Shown: piece after piece, positions 37,276 to 50,379 of the stretch
Layout of the letters: every line of letters begins with the position of its first letter
Position numbering within the stretch: the stretch's first letter is position 1
From: Mustelus asterias
Taxonomy: Eukaryota
Direction: 5' to 3'
Assembly: GCF_964213995.1 (NCBI RefSeq)
Contig: NC_135801.1
Coordinates: 84,568,001-84,632,000, forward strand
Length of the DNA stretch: 64,000 nucleotides
Made by a program: the position numbers and the translations under genes
The notes under the pieces: model-generated
What the model was told of the DNA's origin: nothing
Seen by the model: only the letters and a program-made list of their open reading frames with translations
Database searches by the model: none

Positions 37276-37346
37276 GTCAGCAGAGCAGCTATGGAAAGGC
37301 ATCTAGAGGTGCAGGCAGTCACCAGAATAACTACCAACCATACTAA
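37276..37346 (+). CDS. HNRNPDL: hnRNP D-like, exon 7 coding part (PY-NLS and stop)
   Basis: Translates SQQSSYGKASRGAGSHQNNYQPY*. The exon probably continues to donor CAG|GTATGT at 37376. Total CDS is 927 nt (308 aa). Confidence 0.96.
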
Positions 37347-37698
37347 AGAAAAATTGATATAGTTATTTCACTGCAGGTATGTAACAGATCTTGTTGCAGC
37401 TAATGGAGGAAAAAAGAACATTTAAATAATTTGTTTTTAATAATGTAAAATGTCAGATTTTGTAAAATAAATTTTGGTTTAAGTACTGAACATCAGGTAT
37501 CCTTAGAGTTTTCACTTGAAGTGATTTGCAGCTTTTTATAACAGGAGGTGTTAAAAGGTCTGAGGGATTAACACTTTTTAACAAGTCTGTAAATTTAACA
37601 GGTAAAGTACTGCTAATGGGTGCAAATAAAGGACCCAGCAAGACGAAAGAAAAAGTTGCCTTCTAACTCTGACATTATACCTTGTTTGTACCCGCCAG

Positions 37699-37803
37699 CG
37701 GGAACTTCATTGCAGGACACGTGTCACCCTGACCACACGATTCTCTTGGGGCCGCGCATTGCGGACAGAACGTGAGGTGTGCTCGTGAAAATGCTGCCCT
37801 GTG
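37699..37803 (+). other. HNRNPDL: Non-coding 3'UTR cassette (NMD poison) exon of HNRNPDL
   Basis: cccgccag|CGGGAACTTCATTGCAGG...ATGCTGCCCTGTG|gtatgg, 105 nt, with branch-like TTCTAAC at 37661. Resembles the autoregulatory 3'UTR exon of mammalian HNRNPD/HNRNPDL as I recall it. Confidence 0.85.
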
Positions 37804-38317
37804 GTATGGTCTCTTCAAACATCATGTATCAACGTTAAAGATAAACTGGAAAACTTCAGCCTTTGTCTTCAGTCATCTTTGCATATATATATATACATAT
37901 ATATATAACATTGGCTAAACATTTCTTACAGGCATATTTTAAATGTATAATGACTTACTGCATAATTAATTCAGTACTCTTTATTTGGTAACATCTTGTA
38001 TTTCAGTTATGGATCTGCAGTGTGGTAATTTTTTTTATTTAAAAAGTTAAATGTTAATGCTGTTTTATTTTTCTTTGTAGCTCAGTAGTGAAAACTACAA
38101 ATGATAACCAAACAACATCAAGCAAGCTGTAGTATATTTTGGTTTGACTGGGTTAAATGTGTCAGACTTGATAAAACCAGGTCTGATGTCATTAGATCTG
38201 CTGCAGTAAAATGCTTTCCAGTGCAGCACCTTGAAGTATTGGCCAGTGTGTGTTATAATCTTGTGTGAAAGTTTGTGAACTTCTTTCCTGTTCTAAAATG
38301 TTTTTATTCTCTCCTAG

Positions 38318-38660
38318 GTGGAGAAACGGAGGTATAAACATCAGTGTAGCAGAACAGCATGTCAAGAGGAAATGTTAAATCTGAAAGCATCTTTGTTTCC
38401 CTTTTGGGACTTTTTTTGTACCACATTAGATCTGAAATCAACATCTTTTGTGTCCCAAATGTATATAGCATCTAAACATTTTTTTTATGTTGTAGTTACT
38501 TTGCTTTGTACAACTTAAGCTCATTCCTTAACTTGTGTACTGTGATAGTATATAATAAAATTGCTACTAACTGGTGATGCAGCACTTGTTTGTTGGTGTA
38601 CCCTGTTGTATGTGATACACTGCATCTGTTGCTGAAATAAAATTGGGTATGAATGCTCAA
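38318..38660 (+). other. HNRNPDL: Probable terminal 3'UTR exon of HNRNPDL
   Basis: Pyrimidine tract and ctcctag|GTGGAG acceptor, AU-rich sequence, AATAAA at 38554-38559 and 38636-38641. The 3' end is approximate. Confidence 0.6.
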
Positions 38661-40109
38661 ATGTTAATTGTGGTTTTCTATACAGCCATGTATTTATCTG
38701 ATTGAATGTTGAGGAAAATAGGCTGTTGGTTTGCATTACAATATGAAATAGGGGTGCAGTGTGTCCTTCATTATAGATAAAAGTAAATACAGATTTCCTA
38801 TTTAAATTTGGTTGCTCCGATCTTCATCTATTTAGCCTAATGCTTGTGAAAAAATCTTTAATTATGGGATTCTGTGCTGCAATTTAGTTGACATTATTTA
38901 TGTGTTCTCTAAAATGCAAACATCGCCCAAATGTACAAGAGATCTGAAAGTTAGTTTATTGGGATAGGCTCACCCTCCTCTATCCTTTCCTTCTCTGCCA
39001 CCCTCCTGGAGTACGTCCTAATTCCATTTCATAATTTGAAGCCCTTTGCAAGGGCTATCTTGGAGTTAAGTTTGTTGAAAAATGTGTTCTTATCTAAATT
39101 CATATAGTGAGTAAATGAGGGCTGCCAACTTCTCATCTGTTGAAATGTTTGCTTAGCAACCTCTTTGGAGCGTAATAAGACTAAAACTATGCTATATATA
39201 TTCAAAATCAAGCTTTAAACTGTATAGCCAGTTATAGTGGATGTCATTTAATTTATGTCCAAACTTGAACTTAATTTCTGTTTTTGAAATAAACAACTTA
39301 GGTAGATTTGAATTTTAAAATGATGGTATAATCGTTTGTTCTGATGAATTACAAACTCTGTTTTAAGACAATCATTGGAAGTTGATTGAAATAACTCGCA
39401 TACTGCAAATTTCAAGTTGATATTAGACATATCAAAGCTTTTATTCTTGCATTTATCAGGATCTTTCACAAGAATGCCAGTGTAAGAGGAAACAATTTAT
39501 ACTGTATGAGAAAAGAGCACTGGTTGGCAAATGGACTCTGGCACAGCTGTTGCCATGGAGAATGCACTAGTTGAAGACTGACAGATAACTGCAAAGTATT
39601 TTTCAAAATTTAAACCAGGCAGCTTGACCCTGGATTGGGAATGATTTGGCAATTGGTTTACAAATCAGAGCCAGGGAAATGCAGGCTCATTAGTTTGAAA
39701 TGCTTATGGGGATCTTATGAGATGCTTTTTATGATTACTGGGAAAGAAGGTATTAGAGGTACTCAAAGCTGGAAATGATGTCATATGAACTTATTCGATA
39801 TTTTCTAGGTCAGTGGATGAAGTGAACCTGGTTGACATTGTCTAGCTATTACAAAGCCTTTGATATGGTGCCTCACAGTAGGGTATTTCATAAGAATGAG
39901 TGAAGTGCATTGTATTCAGTTCAAATCAGAGAACACCTATCTGTCCTTGCGTCTCTGGTTAGACCACATCTAATGTAGTGGTTTTACTTCCGGTCCCCTC
40001 GTGATTGGTAATATGTTGTGGAAACTGTTTAAAAGTGAACCCCTTTTTTAATTCATTCATGGGATGTGAGAACGTAATGCAGTAAAAGACACTGGAACTC
40101 ACCTTGAAG

Positions 40110-40408
40110 TGCACGGTGGTTAGCACTGCTGCCTCACAGCAACAGGGATCCGGGTTCAATTCTGGCTCTCGGATCACTGTGTAGAGTTTGCACATTCTCC
40201 CTGTGTTTGTGTGGGTTTCCTCCGGGTGCTCCGGTTTCCTCCCACAGTCCAAAGATGTGTGGGTTAGGTAGATTGGCTGTGCTAAATTGGCCTTAGTGTC
40301 AGGAGGATTGGCAGGGTAAATGTGGGGGTTTAGGGCCTGGGTGGGATTGTAGTCACTGCACACTCAATGGGCCGAATGGCCTCCTTTTGCAACGTAGGGA
40401 TTCTATGA
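40110..40408 (+). mobile_element. HE1-type V-SINE
   Basis: gcacggtggttagcactg...gggtgctccggtttcctcccacagtcc...gggattctatga. Confidence 0.9.
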
Positions 40409-41717
40409 CACTTTTTAAAAAATGTGGTCTGCACTAGTTATTGCTACACCGGGCGGTAACTTTGCCCTCATGGCTATCATAAGCTTTAGATAACAAGTAA
40501 ATTCTTAAGTAAAAAAAAAAGAATTTAACATTTTAGATTTAACTTGAGTCCTTGGTATTTGAACATTTCACCTTAAGAACAGTTTGGATGGATCAAGTTT
40601 ACTCTTTGCAACAAACCTCAGATCCTCAAAATAATTTCTTTGTAAAGAAAATGAACTCAACGTTATGTACCTTTTCTGACCCTTTAAATGCTTACATTGA
40701 ATAGGGTAATTTTTATGGTTATACTATGTAAAATTTGCTCTGAAAAGACCAGTTCCTTAAAATAGTTTCTTGGCAGAACTGATCAGGTTTGATCTTTCAG
40801 GCAACATATTCTGTCCATTGTCTGGAGGAGTGACTGATACAGGTGAGAGAGGTAGTTTTATATAGTGGAGGATGGGAAAATGGATAGGATCTTACTGCTG
40901 ATTTGCATTTGCACTAAATTAATACATGTTATTCTTATTGCTGATTGGATACTGTGCAGAATGGATATTAATGTGTTTCTTGAGTAAGGGTAACTAGATG
41001 TCACTGATGAGAAGGCCGCAGGCTTGGGGGAACAATGTAGTTTGGTAGATCTCCACAGCCTCCCTGACACCTCTTGTATGCTTGTGCATGATGGATAAGA
41101 TAGTCTCGAGTTGGACCATTGAATGTGGTGGTGGTGAAGTTCAAGCAGCTTTCAATTTAAATGCTTCAGTACGCTTCCAGGCAGTAAGACAATGATTAGC
41201 TGGTCAGGATGGAACACAGTACGGCAGATGGGGAGAGATCATGTGATACAATAGATCTTTTTTATTTGCTTAAGAATCCCTTGTCCAAGTCAGTGCTGTT
41301 AAAGAGAAGAGTCCAAAGATTTATCTTCTTCCATTCTAAGATTTCTTTCATAATCATACTATGTCAGTGTTCCATTGATTCATTGCTCCTATATTAATTT
41401 AATGCCTGAAAGTTTTGTTAATACTTTAAATATATTCTTGACAGAAGTCTGCTCCAGGATGAAGTGCTCTATTTTTTAAATTCCATCCTTTTCTGACGAT
41501 TTCCTCTCTGGTAGGAGAGGATGGCAGTAAAGAAAGAGGCAAAGAACTCTATAGTTTGATGGGACATGCACAGAAGTACTGCTGCAGGCTGTGACAAGGT
41601 GCACATCAAGCAAACAAAGCATTGCACCTCTTGCAGGAGTACTGCATTCTGCTTCTAGGTGTGTTAAGACAGTATAGTGATGTTGGAAAACATTCACTGA
41701 CTCCATTAGAAGGGCCA

Positions 41718-44130
41718 ATAGAATCATCAAAGGGTTACAGCAAAGGAGGAGGCTATTTGGCCTGTTATGTCCATACTGGCTCTCTGCAAGAGCAATTAAG
41801 CTAATCCTATTTCTCCACCCACCCCTTTCCTCATAGCCCTGCAAACTTTCTTCAAGAACTGATCCAAGCCCATTTTGAAAACCCCGTTTGAATCTGCCTC
41901 CACCACAGCTTCAGGCAGTGCATTCCAGATCCAAACCACTTGCTACATAAAATGTTTAATGCACAAAATTGCTTCTTTTGCTGACCACTTTAAATCCATG
42001 TCCTCTGGTTCTCGACCCCTTTTGCCAGTGAAAAGATTCCCCCTATCTGTCTAGACTCTTCATAATGTTGAACACTTTTATCAAATCCCCTCTCAACTTT
42101 CTCTTCCTCCAGAAGTCCGAGATTCTCCCACAAGAGGAAACATCCTCTTCATATTGACCCTGTCAATACCTCTCAGGATCTTGTATGTTTCAATCAAGTT
42201 GCTTCTTACTCTTCTAAACTCCAATGGATACAGACCTAGCTTGGACACCTTTTCTTCACAAGACAACAAGCCCATTCCAGGCATTAGTCTGGTAAACCTT
42301 CTCTGACCTGCTTCCAACACATCCTTCCTTAAATAAAGAGATTGCACACAAACGTGGTCTCAGTTGCATAGGTCAACGGCCTGTACTATTGAAGCAGAAT
42401 GTCACTACTATTGTATTCAATTTCCCTCGTAATAAACTACAACATTCTATTAGCTTTCCTAATTACTTGCTGTACCTGCACACTAACCTTTTGTGATTAA
42501 TGTACTAGGGCACCCAGATATCTCTGCTTCTTGGTGCTCTGCAATCTCTCGCCATTTAGATTATGCTTTTTTTTTATTCTTCCTGCTAACATGGACAATT
42601 TGACATTTGCCAGATCTTTGCTCATTCACTTAACATATCTATGTCCCTTTGTAGCCTCCTTACGTCCTCTTCTCAACTTACTTTCATACCCTAACTTTAC
42701 TACCATATTTTTGGGTCATCAGCAAATTTAGAAACAATACCTTTGGTTCCTTTATCCAAGTCATTTATATAAAATGTAAAAGTTGAAGCCCGAGCATTGA
42801 TCCCTGTAACACACCATGCATTACATCTTGACAAACAGAAAATTATCAATTTATGCCTCTATTTCCTGTTGGCTGGCTAATCTTCTCTCCATATCAATAT
42901 TCCACCCCCATACCATGAGCTTTTATTTTTCACAATTACCTTTGATGTGGTACCTTATCAAATGTCTTCTGGAAATCTAAATACAGTACATCCACCGGTT
43001 CCCCTTCATTCAAACATGTTACTTCGTCACAGAACTCCAATAAGTTGATTAAACGTGATTTCCCTTTCACATAACCATGTTGACTTTGCTGATTACCTTA
43101 AGTATTTCCAACTGCCCTGCTATAAAGCCTTTCGTAACAGTTCCTAACATTTTTCCTATGACATGTTAAACTAACTGGCCTGTGGTTTCCTTGCTTTCTG
43201 TCTCCCTCCCTTTTTGAATAGGGAAGTTACATTCGCTCTTTTCCAATCTAATGGAACGTCCCTAAAATTAAGGAATTTTAGAAGATTAAAATTAACATAT
43301 CTATCTCACCATCCACTTCTTTTAAGACCCTAGGATGAAGTCCATCAGAACCCAGGAACTATTAGCCCACAGTTCCAACAATTTGTTCAGTACCACTTCC
43401 CTGATAATTGTAATTTTTCAGAGTTCCTCCCTCACATCCATTTCCTGATTTGCAGTTTGTTTCTGGGATGTTATTTATATCCTTTATAGTGAAAAGTGAT
43501 ACAAAATACTTGTTCAATTCATCTGCCATCTCATTTTCTATTATTAGTTTTCCAAGCTAACATTCTAAAGGACAAATGCTAACTTTGTTAACTATTTCCT
43601 TTTTAAAATATCTATAGAAACTCTTTTCTGACTGTGTCTAGCTATCATTCTCTTGTACTCGAATTTCTCCGTTCATTTTTATTGTCACTTTTTTAATATT
43701 CTGTCCAATCCTCTCACCAGCTGCACACTCTCCTGATCTGCCACCTACCTTACTATCTTTAACTTTAGTTAACCACAGATGGTGGGTCCTCCTCTTGGAA
43801 TTCTCTCATTGGAATGAATCTATTCTGTGTATTCCAAAATATCTCCTTAAATGTTCGCCAATGCATCTATACTGACCTATCCCCTAATCTAATTTGCCAA
43901 TTCACTTTAGCTAGCCCTATCTTCAATTCCTCATGATTGCTTTTATTTAAGTTTAAAATAATAGTCTTAAACCAATTCTTCTCTCCTCAAACTGAATGTA
44001 AAATTCAATCATATTTTGAACCCTACTACCTAGGGATGCCTTCACTGAGGTAATTAATTACTCCTATCTCGTTGCACAATACCCAGCTCTTTGGCTCAAG
44101 AACATGCTGTTCTAAGAAACTATCCCAAAA
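41718..44130 (-). mobile_element. CR1 LINE relics (at least two 3' ends or copies)
   Basis: ORF 42093-42347 reads QRRFTRLMPG...LIETYKILRG. Decayed RT and EN continue to about 44100. Confidence 0.8.
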
Positions 44131-46019
44131 ATCCAATTCCTTTTTGAAAGTCACAGTTGAATTCCAGCAACTGGGAAACAGATTCCCTCTATTTAGACCA
44201 GTGCTTCCTAAACTTTTCCCCAGTGTAACCCCATTTTAATACCTCAGATTTTGTGTGACTGCAAAGTAAAAATCAGGGGGCGCGTATGACAATTGTTGAA
44301 CAGGGGTGGGTGTATGGTCTTCAGTTGTTGAGTTTTGGGTGGGGGGGTGGGGGAGGGCACCAAAATGAAGCAGAACAGCATGATAGTAATTTTTTGTATT
44401 ATTAAAGTGAACACTAACTTTTAAATCTACAAAAATGTGTTTTAAATGATTTTCTGAAAAAATTATCTTATTCACTGGAGTATGGGCATGACAGTTGTGA
44501 TAGTCTCAACGTCTGGCAGTGTATCATCTGCCATCTAATCTCTGATGTGACACCCAGGTTTGATCAGTATAGAGATTTGATGCAGAGTGGTGCACTAAAA
44601 ATAAAATTGGGCGTGCTCAAGGTAGACACCGAGGCTATTTGTGTGAAACATGTTCATTCCCTACCCCTCCCAGTGAATTGCAAGCCAGAAAAAAACATCT
44701 GCTAAACAAGTTTTCCTGATTATAATGGCCTGAATTTTCATAAAACTGGAATGCTCCACACCCCAGCCAAAATGGGATTGGAGACATGATTTTGGAAGTC
44801 ACGCCATGTTTCTGACCCTGGGGGTGGAGGGCGGGGTTGGGGTAGGGAATAAGAGACATTTCACATCTGTGGTTCATATTCAGAAGTGCAGCTGCCATCA
44901 AACAGAAGCAATTTTCATCAGCCAACTTGCTGAAACATGGGTTTTTACACGTACGAAGAAAAGGTCTAAATCTACCAGTGTTCTTTGGCAATGTGAGGTA
45001 CCCTCTTGGAGAGATAAGGTACCCCTTTGGGAGAGGCCATGTACTCTTTGTGATTGTTAACAGTAGACATGAATGTGCATAAAAAGTGGATAAGATTTGT
45101 GGAACTGACAAACTGTAAAGTCATTTAAATTCCCACTCTTTGCATTTTTGGAAAAAATAAAATCATGCTTACACGAAGTTGACATAAGTCTGAGTGTGAT
45201 CATTTGTGGGATTAGTGCTGTTCGACCACTTCCACAACCTATCATTAATATAGTGGGGCCTGTAAATTCAGTTTGTTTCACAGCTCCAAATGGCCATAAA
45301 GTGATTAGCTGTCTTTAATCTGGCATGGGACTGTGAAGGACCATGAGGTTGGTATAGGTTGCCATGGAGGATATGAGGGACAATAGGGCTGGACAGGTAT
45401 GAGATAGCATAGATGGGTCATAGGTGGGGGGGTGAGGGCTAATGTGTTGCTTTTGGTTTTGCTGTTTTAACTGTATCTGGGACAAATTCCCAGAGTACTG
45501 AGGTAGGTCTTTAGAACAACCCACCTCAGCATTTGGTAATCCCTGTGACTGTGTCTGCAAATTTTCCAGGATTGACAGGCCCAACTCCAGTTAGCACCCA
45601 CCCACCAAAAATGAAAATAAGACTAGTTGGGTAAGTTTCTCCCTAGTCGAATTTGCAAAGCCGGGCAATTTCCTGACCATCAGGAGCAAACACTCTGCCC
45701 AATGTTTATGCCTGTGAAACAATAAAACACTCAAAGAGACTGATACATTCTAACCCTCTCCAGCTTCCATCCCAAACCTTTAAAACAAAAAACTACAGGT
45801 ACTGGAAATCTGAAATTAAAACAGAAAATGCTGAAAATCATCAGCAGTTTTGACAGTTTCTGCTGCAGAAAAATAGAATTGAGGGGAAAACTCATTTCAC
45901 CTCACCCTCACTTGTTGCGGTGCATTTGTCCATGACAGTATTAGGAGGAGTGACCACCACACAGTCCTTATTAAGATGAGGTTCCATCTTCACATTGAGC
46001 ACACCCTCCATCATGTTGC

Positions 46020-47420
46020 ATAGCACTGCCGCCGTGCTAAATGGGACAGATTCAGAATAAATCCAGCAGCTCAAAACTGGGCATCCACAAGTTGCTGTGG
46101 GCCATCAGCAGCAGAAGAATTGTATTCAACCACACCCTGTAACCCCTTGGCCTGGCATATCCCCCCCCCCCCCCCCCCCCCGCTATCATTACCATCAAGC
46201 TAGGCAACCAACCCTGGTTCAATAAGGGCATGCCAAGAGCAGCACCAGGCATAGCTAAAAGTGAGGTATCAACCCGGTGAGGCTACAATACAGGATTACT
46301 AACTTGCGTGCCAAACAGCATAAGCAACATGTATTGATAGAGCTAAACAGTCCCAAAACCAACAGATCTAAGCTCTGCAGTCGTGCCACACAGTCATCAA
46401 TAGTGGTGAACAATGAAATGACAGTTGGCAGAGGAGGCTCTACAAATATCCCCATCCTCAATGAGCATTCACAACAATCTTCAGCCAAAAGTGCTGAGTT
46501 AATGATCCATCTCAGCCTCCTCCTGAGGTCCCCAGCATCATTGATGCTAGACTTTGCCCAATTTGATTCACTCCACGTGATATCAAGGAGGAGCGAAGGG
46601 CACTGGCTATTGCAAAAGCTATGGGCTTTGACAACATTCTGGAGGCAGTACTGAAGTTTGTGCTCCAAAACTAGCTACACCCCTGGTCAAGCTATTCTAA
46701 TAAAGTTACAACACTGGCATATACCAAAGAATTTGGAAAATTGCCCAGGTACTCCTGTAGAGAAAAAGCAGGACAAATACAATTTGGCCAATTACCATCC
46801 AATTAATCTCCTCTTGATCACCAGCAAGGTGATGCAAAGTGTCATCAAGAGTAGGGGAGACGGTGAAGTAGTGTCACTGGACAATAATTCAGAGGCCATG
46901 CTAAGGCTGTGGGGAAACATGTTCAAATCCCACCACAGCAGCCTGTGAAATTTAAATTCATTTTTAAAATGAATCTGGAACTGAAATCTAGATTCATTTT
47001 GAAAATAGTTATGAAACCACTATTATCATAAAAACCCATCTGGTTCACCAATGTCCCTTTCAGGAAGGAAATCTGTCATCCTTACCTGGACTGGCCTATA
47101 TGTGACTCCAGACCCACAGCAATGTGGTTGACTCTTAACTGCCCTCAAATAGCATTCAGGGGGCAATTAGGAAGGAGCAAATGCTGGCCCATCAGCAACA
47201 TCCACATCTCATGAGAGAATTAAAAAGAAACTTACAAGGCAATAAACTGCTCACTGATACTCAGTTTGGATTATTGAACTCACTGCAGCCTTGGTCCAAT
47301 GATGAGATGAGAGCAACTGTCCTTGACATCAGGGCACCAAGTGTGACATTAAAAACCCTCACAAAATTGAATTCAGTGGGGATCTCTCCACTCCATAATT
47401 GGAGGCATGTCGTCGGCCCA
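46020..47420 (+). mobile_element. CR1-group LINE family B fragment interrupted by a SINE
   Basis: Translates KKQDKYNLANYHPINLLLITSKVMQSVI and NKLLTDTQFG. Confidence 0.7.
46852..47225 (+). mobile_element. Meta-domain-like SINE inserted in LINE family B
   Basis: B box gttcaaatccc and core ggaaggaaatctgtcatccttacctggactggcctatatgtgactccag. Confidence 0.65.
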
Positions 47421-48121
47421 CTGGGCTCCACACTTTGGAATCCTCTTCCTAAATCCCTTTTACCTCTCCACTTCTCCCTTCTTAATTAAGGCCCTGTTTA
47501 AAATCCAACCCCTTTCACCAAACCTTTAGTCAATCCTAGTAGTTTCTCCTTTGGCTTGGTGTCCAGTTGTATCTGATTATGCCTCTGTGAAGATCCTTTA
47601 GAATGTTCAAGGTTAAAGTTGTGATATAAATGAAAAGTTGTTATAAATTAGTCAGTGTTAATCAGGATAGACTAGCCTTGAAGGTTAATTTCTTAACCGG
47701 TGTTTTACTGCATTGTAACACTCAAAGATGCTACAGCTAAAGGCGGAAGCTAATAAATATTTGAGATACTGAATTATCCACATAGTAACCGAATTTAGAC
47801 TGGAACATAGTATACTGATTGGAGAGGGAGGCTTAATCTGAGTTAACCACTAAATATTGTTTTCCATGAAAGTCGCTTTGCCCATGTCAAACTTTGTGGG
47901 ACACTATTGGGGTTTTTAACTTGGTGATGGGTTGCAGAGATCAGATGGATTTCCTTAATTTCTGCAGCAGCACAATACATGGAGGTTCAAACCGATGTAT
48001 AATATCCCAAGGCAATGTTTATAAAAGGAGCAGGAGTTTCCACTGATGTCCTGGCCAATACTTATTCTACTAGCAGACTGGTGTCAAGTTTCAGGGTCTT
48101 TTGTCCATTTTTCCACAAAGA

Positions 48122-49576
48122 ATTGGAGGATTGAGGATGTGGTTCCTATTTTCAAGAAGGGGAATAGGGATAGCCCAGGAAATTACCGACTGGTGAGTCT
48201 AACCACAGTGGTTGGTAAGCTGATGGAGAAGATCCTGAGGGACAAGATTTATGAGCATTTAGAGAGGTTTAGTATGCTCAAGAATACTCAGCATGGCTTT
48301 GTCAAAGGCAGATCGTGCCTTATGAGCCTGGTGGATTTCTTCGAAAATGTGACTAAACACATTGACGAAGGGAACGCAGTAGATGTGGTTTATATGGATT
48401 TTAGCAAGGCGTTCGATAAGGTCCCCCATGCAAGGCTTCTAGAAAAAGTGAGAGGGCATGGGATCCAAGGGCTGCTGCCCTGTAGATCCAGAACTGGCTT
48501 GCCCAAAGGATAGTCATGATATGGAGATGCCGGCGTTGTCACCCTTGCCCAAAGGAGGCAGAGTGGGTATAGATGGGCCTTTTTCTAAATGGAGGTCGGT
48601 CACCAGTGGTGTGCCCCAGGGATCTGTTCTGGGACCCTTGCTGTTTGTCATTTTCATAAATGACCTGGATGAGGAAGTGGAGGGATGGGTTGGTAAGTTT
48701 GCCGACGATACGAAGGTTGGTGGCGTTGTGGATAGTCTGGAGGGATGTCAGAAGTTACAGAAGGACATAGATAGGATGCAAGACTGGGTGGAGAAGTGGC
48801 AGATGGACTTCAACCCAGATAAATGCGAAGTGCTCCATTTTGGCAGGTCAAATGGGATGAAGGAGTACAATATAAAGAGAAAGACTCTTAGTACTGTGGA
48901 GGATCAGAAGGACCTTGGGGTCCGGGTCCATAGGACTCTAAAATCGGCCCCGCAGGTGGAGGAGGTGGTTAAGAAGGCGTATGGTGTGTTGGCCTTTATC
49001 AATCGAGGGACTGAGTTTAGGAGTCCGGGGATAATGATGCAGCTATATAAGACCCTCGTCAGACCCCACTTGGAGTACTGTGCTCAGTTCTGGTCGCCTC
49101 ATTACAGGAAGGATGTGGAAAAGATTGAAAGGGTGCAGAGGCGATTTACAAGGATGTTGCCTGGATTGAGTGGCATGCCTTATGAGGATAGGCTGAGGGA
49201 GCTCAGTCTTTTCTCCTTGGAGAGACGTAGGATGAGAGGAGACCTAATCGAGGTATATAAGATGTTGAGAGGCATAGATCGGGTGGACTCTCAGAGGCTT
49301 TTTCCCAGGGTGGAAATGTCTGCTACGAGAGGACACAGGTTTAAGGTGCTGGGGTGTAGGTACAGGGGAAATGTTAGGGGGGAGTTTTTCACACAGAGGG
49401 TGGTGGGCGAGTGGAATCGGCTGCCGTCAGTGGTGGTGGAGGCAAACTCAATAGGGTCTTTTAAGAGACTCCTGGATGAGTACATGGGACTTAAAAGGAT
49501 GGAGGGTTATAGGTAGGCCTACGTTCGGCACAACTTGTGGGGCTGAAGGGCCTGTTTTGCGCTGTAGTTTTCTATG
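48122..49576 (+). mobile_element. 5'-truncated young CR1 LINE (RT)
   Basis: ORFs 48046 and 48458 carry NYRLVSLT, DFSKAFDKV, QGSVLGP, FADDTK and HLEYCAQFWSP. The frame is broken around a 33-bp insert with a 13-bp TSD. Confidence 0.95.
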
Positions 49577-50379
49577 AATTTGAAAAAAAAATGGTTTTAA
49601 ATCTTTCATTTGAACCAGGAAGTGGTTAACATTCTAATGAGCTAGCCTGGATGGTATTTCCAATTGAACTGTAAACAATAAAGACTTCACCAATTTATCT
49701 CCATTACTACACATCTTACTCCCAAAGTTGGAATGATTCTTGAATCTCAGATATAGAAAGAGCTGTCTAGCTTTTGCAACTGAAGCTACAGTCAAGGCAG
49801 CAAATCCCAGGAAATGCAACTTCATAAAAATCAGGGTGCAGTGGAGTTACTGTCCATAAACCAAAGTGAATTTGATTTGTCACATGTATTGGCATGCAGG
49901 AAAAAGTATTGTTTCTTGCGTACAATACAGACAAAGCATACTGTTCATAGAGAAGGAAAGGAGACGGTGTTTTCCTTATTTAATCATTACATGGAAGGTA
50001 CATTTTCTCAACTGTCCCAAAGGAAATCAGATCAGAACTGTTTTCCATATGTTCATTTTAGTGCAAGGAAAAATCAGTTTAACCATTCAAATTAAGCCTG
50101 GCCTCATCTGATGTTAATCTGATCACCACTTAGGGCAGAGGTTTGTCCAGGCTTTTCATTTGGCAAGGGGCGCATTTCCATTTCCTTCTCACTCAAGGGG
50201 TTGATGAGCAAGTTTCAGAAAGGCAAGGTTTGGCATACATTAAATGTTGATTTCAAAATAAAATTGAGGTATTAAGAAAAGAAACAACTTTCTGAACAAG
50301 AATAATGTCAAAGCAATAAATGGATAAATAATAAGAGTAATTAACAAAGATCACCAGTAGAGTGCAAGAGGGACAGAAG

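Noticed and set aside
20805-37346. Assignment to HNRNPAB or HNRNPD instead of HNRNPDL
   Set aside because: Residues such as [20 protein letters not shown] and KGKEP, plus the head-to-head position with ENOPH1, fit HNRNPDL.
38162-38186. Small stem-loop tcagacttg/caggtctga as a structured RNA
   Set aside because: A 9-bp stem can arise by chance, and no snoRNA or miRNA hallmarks were seen.
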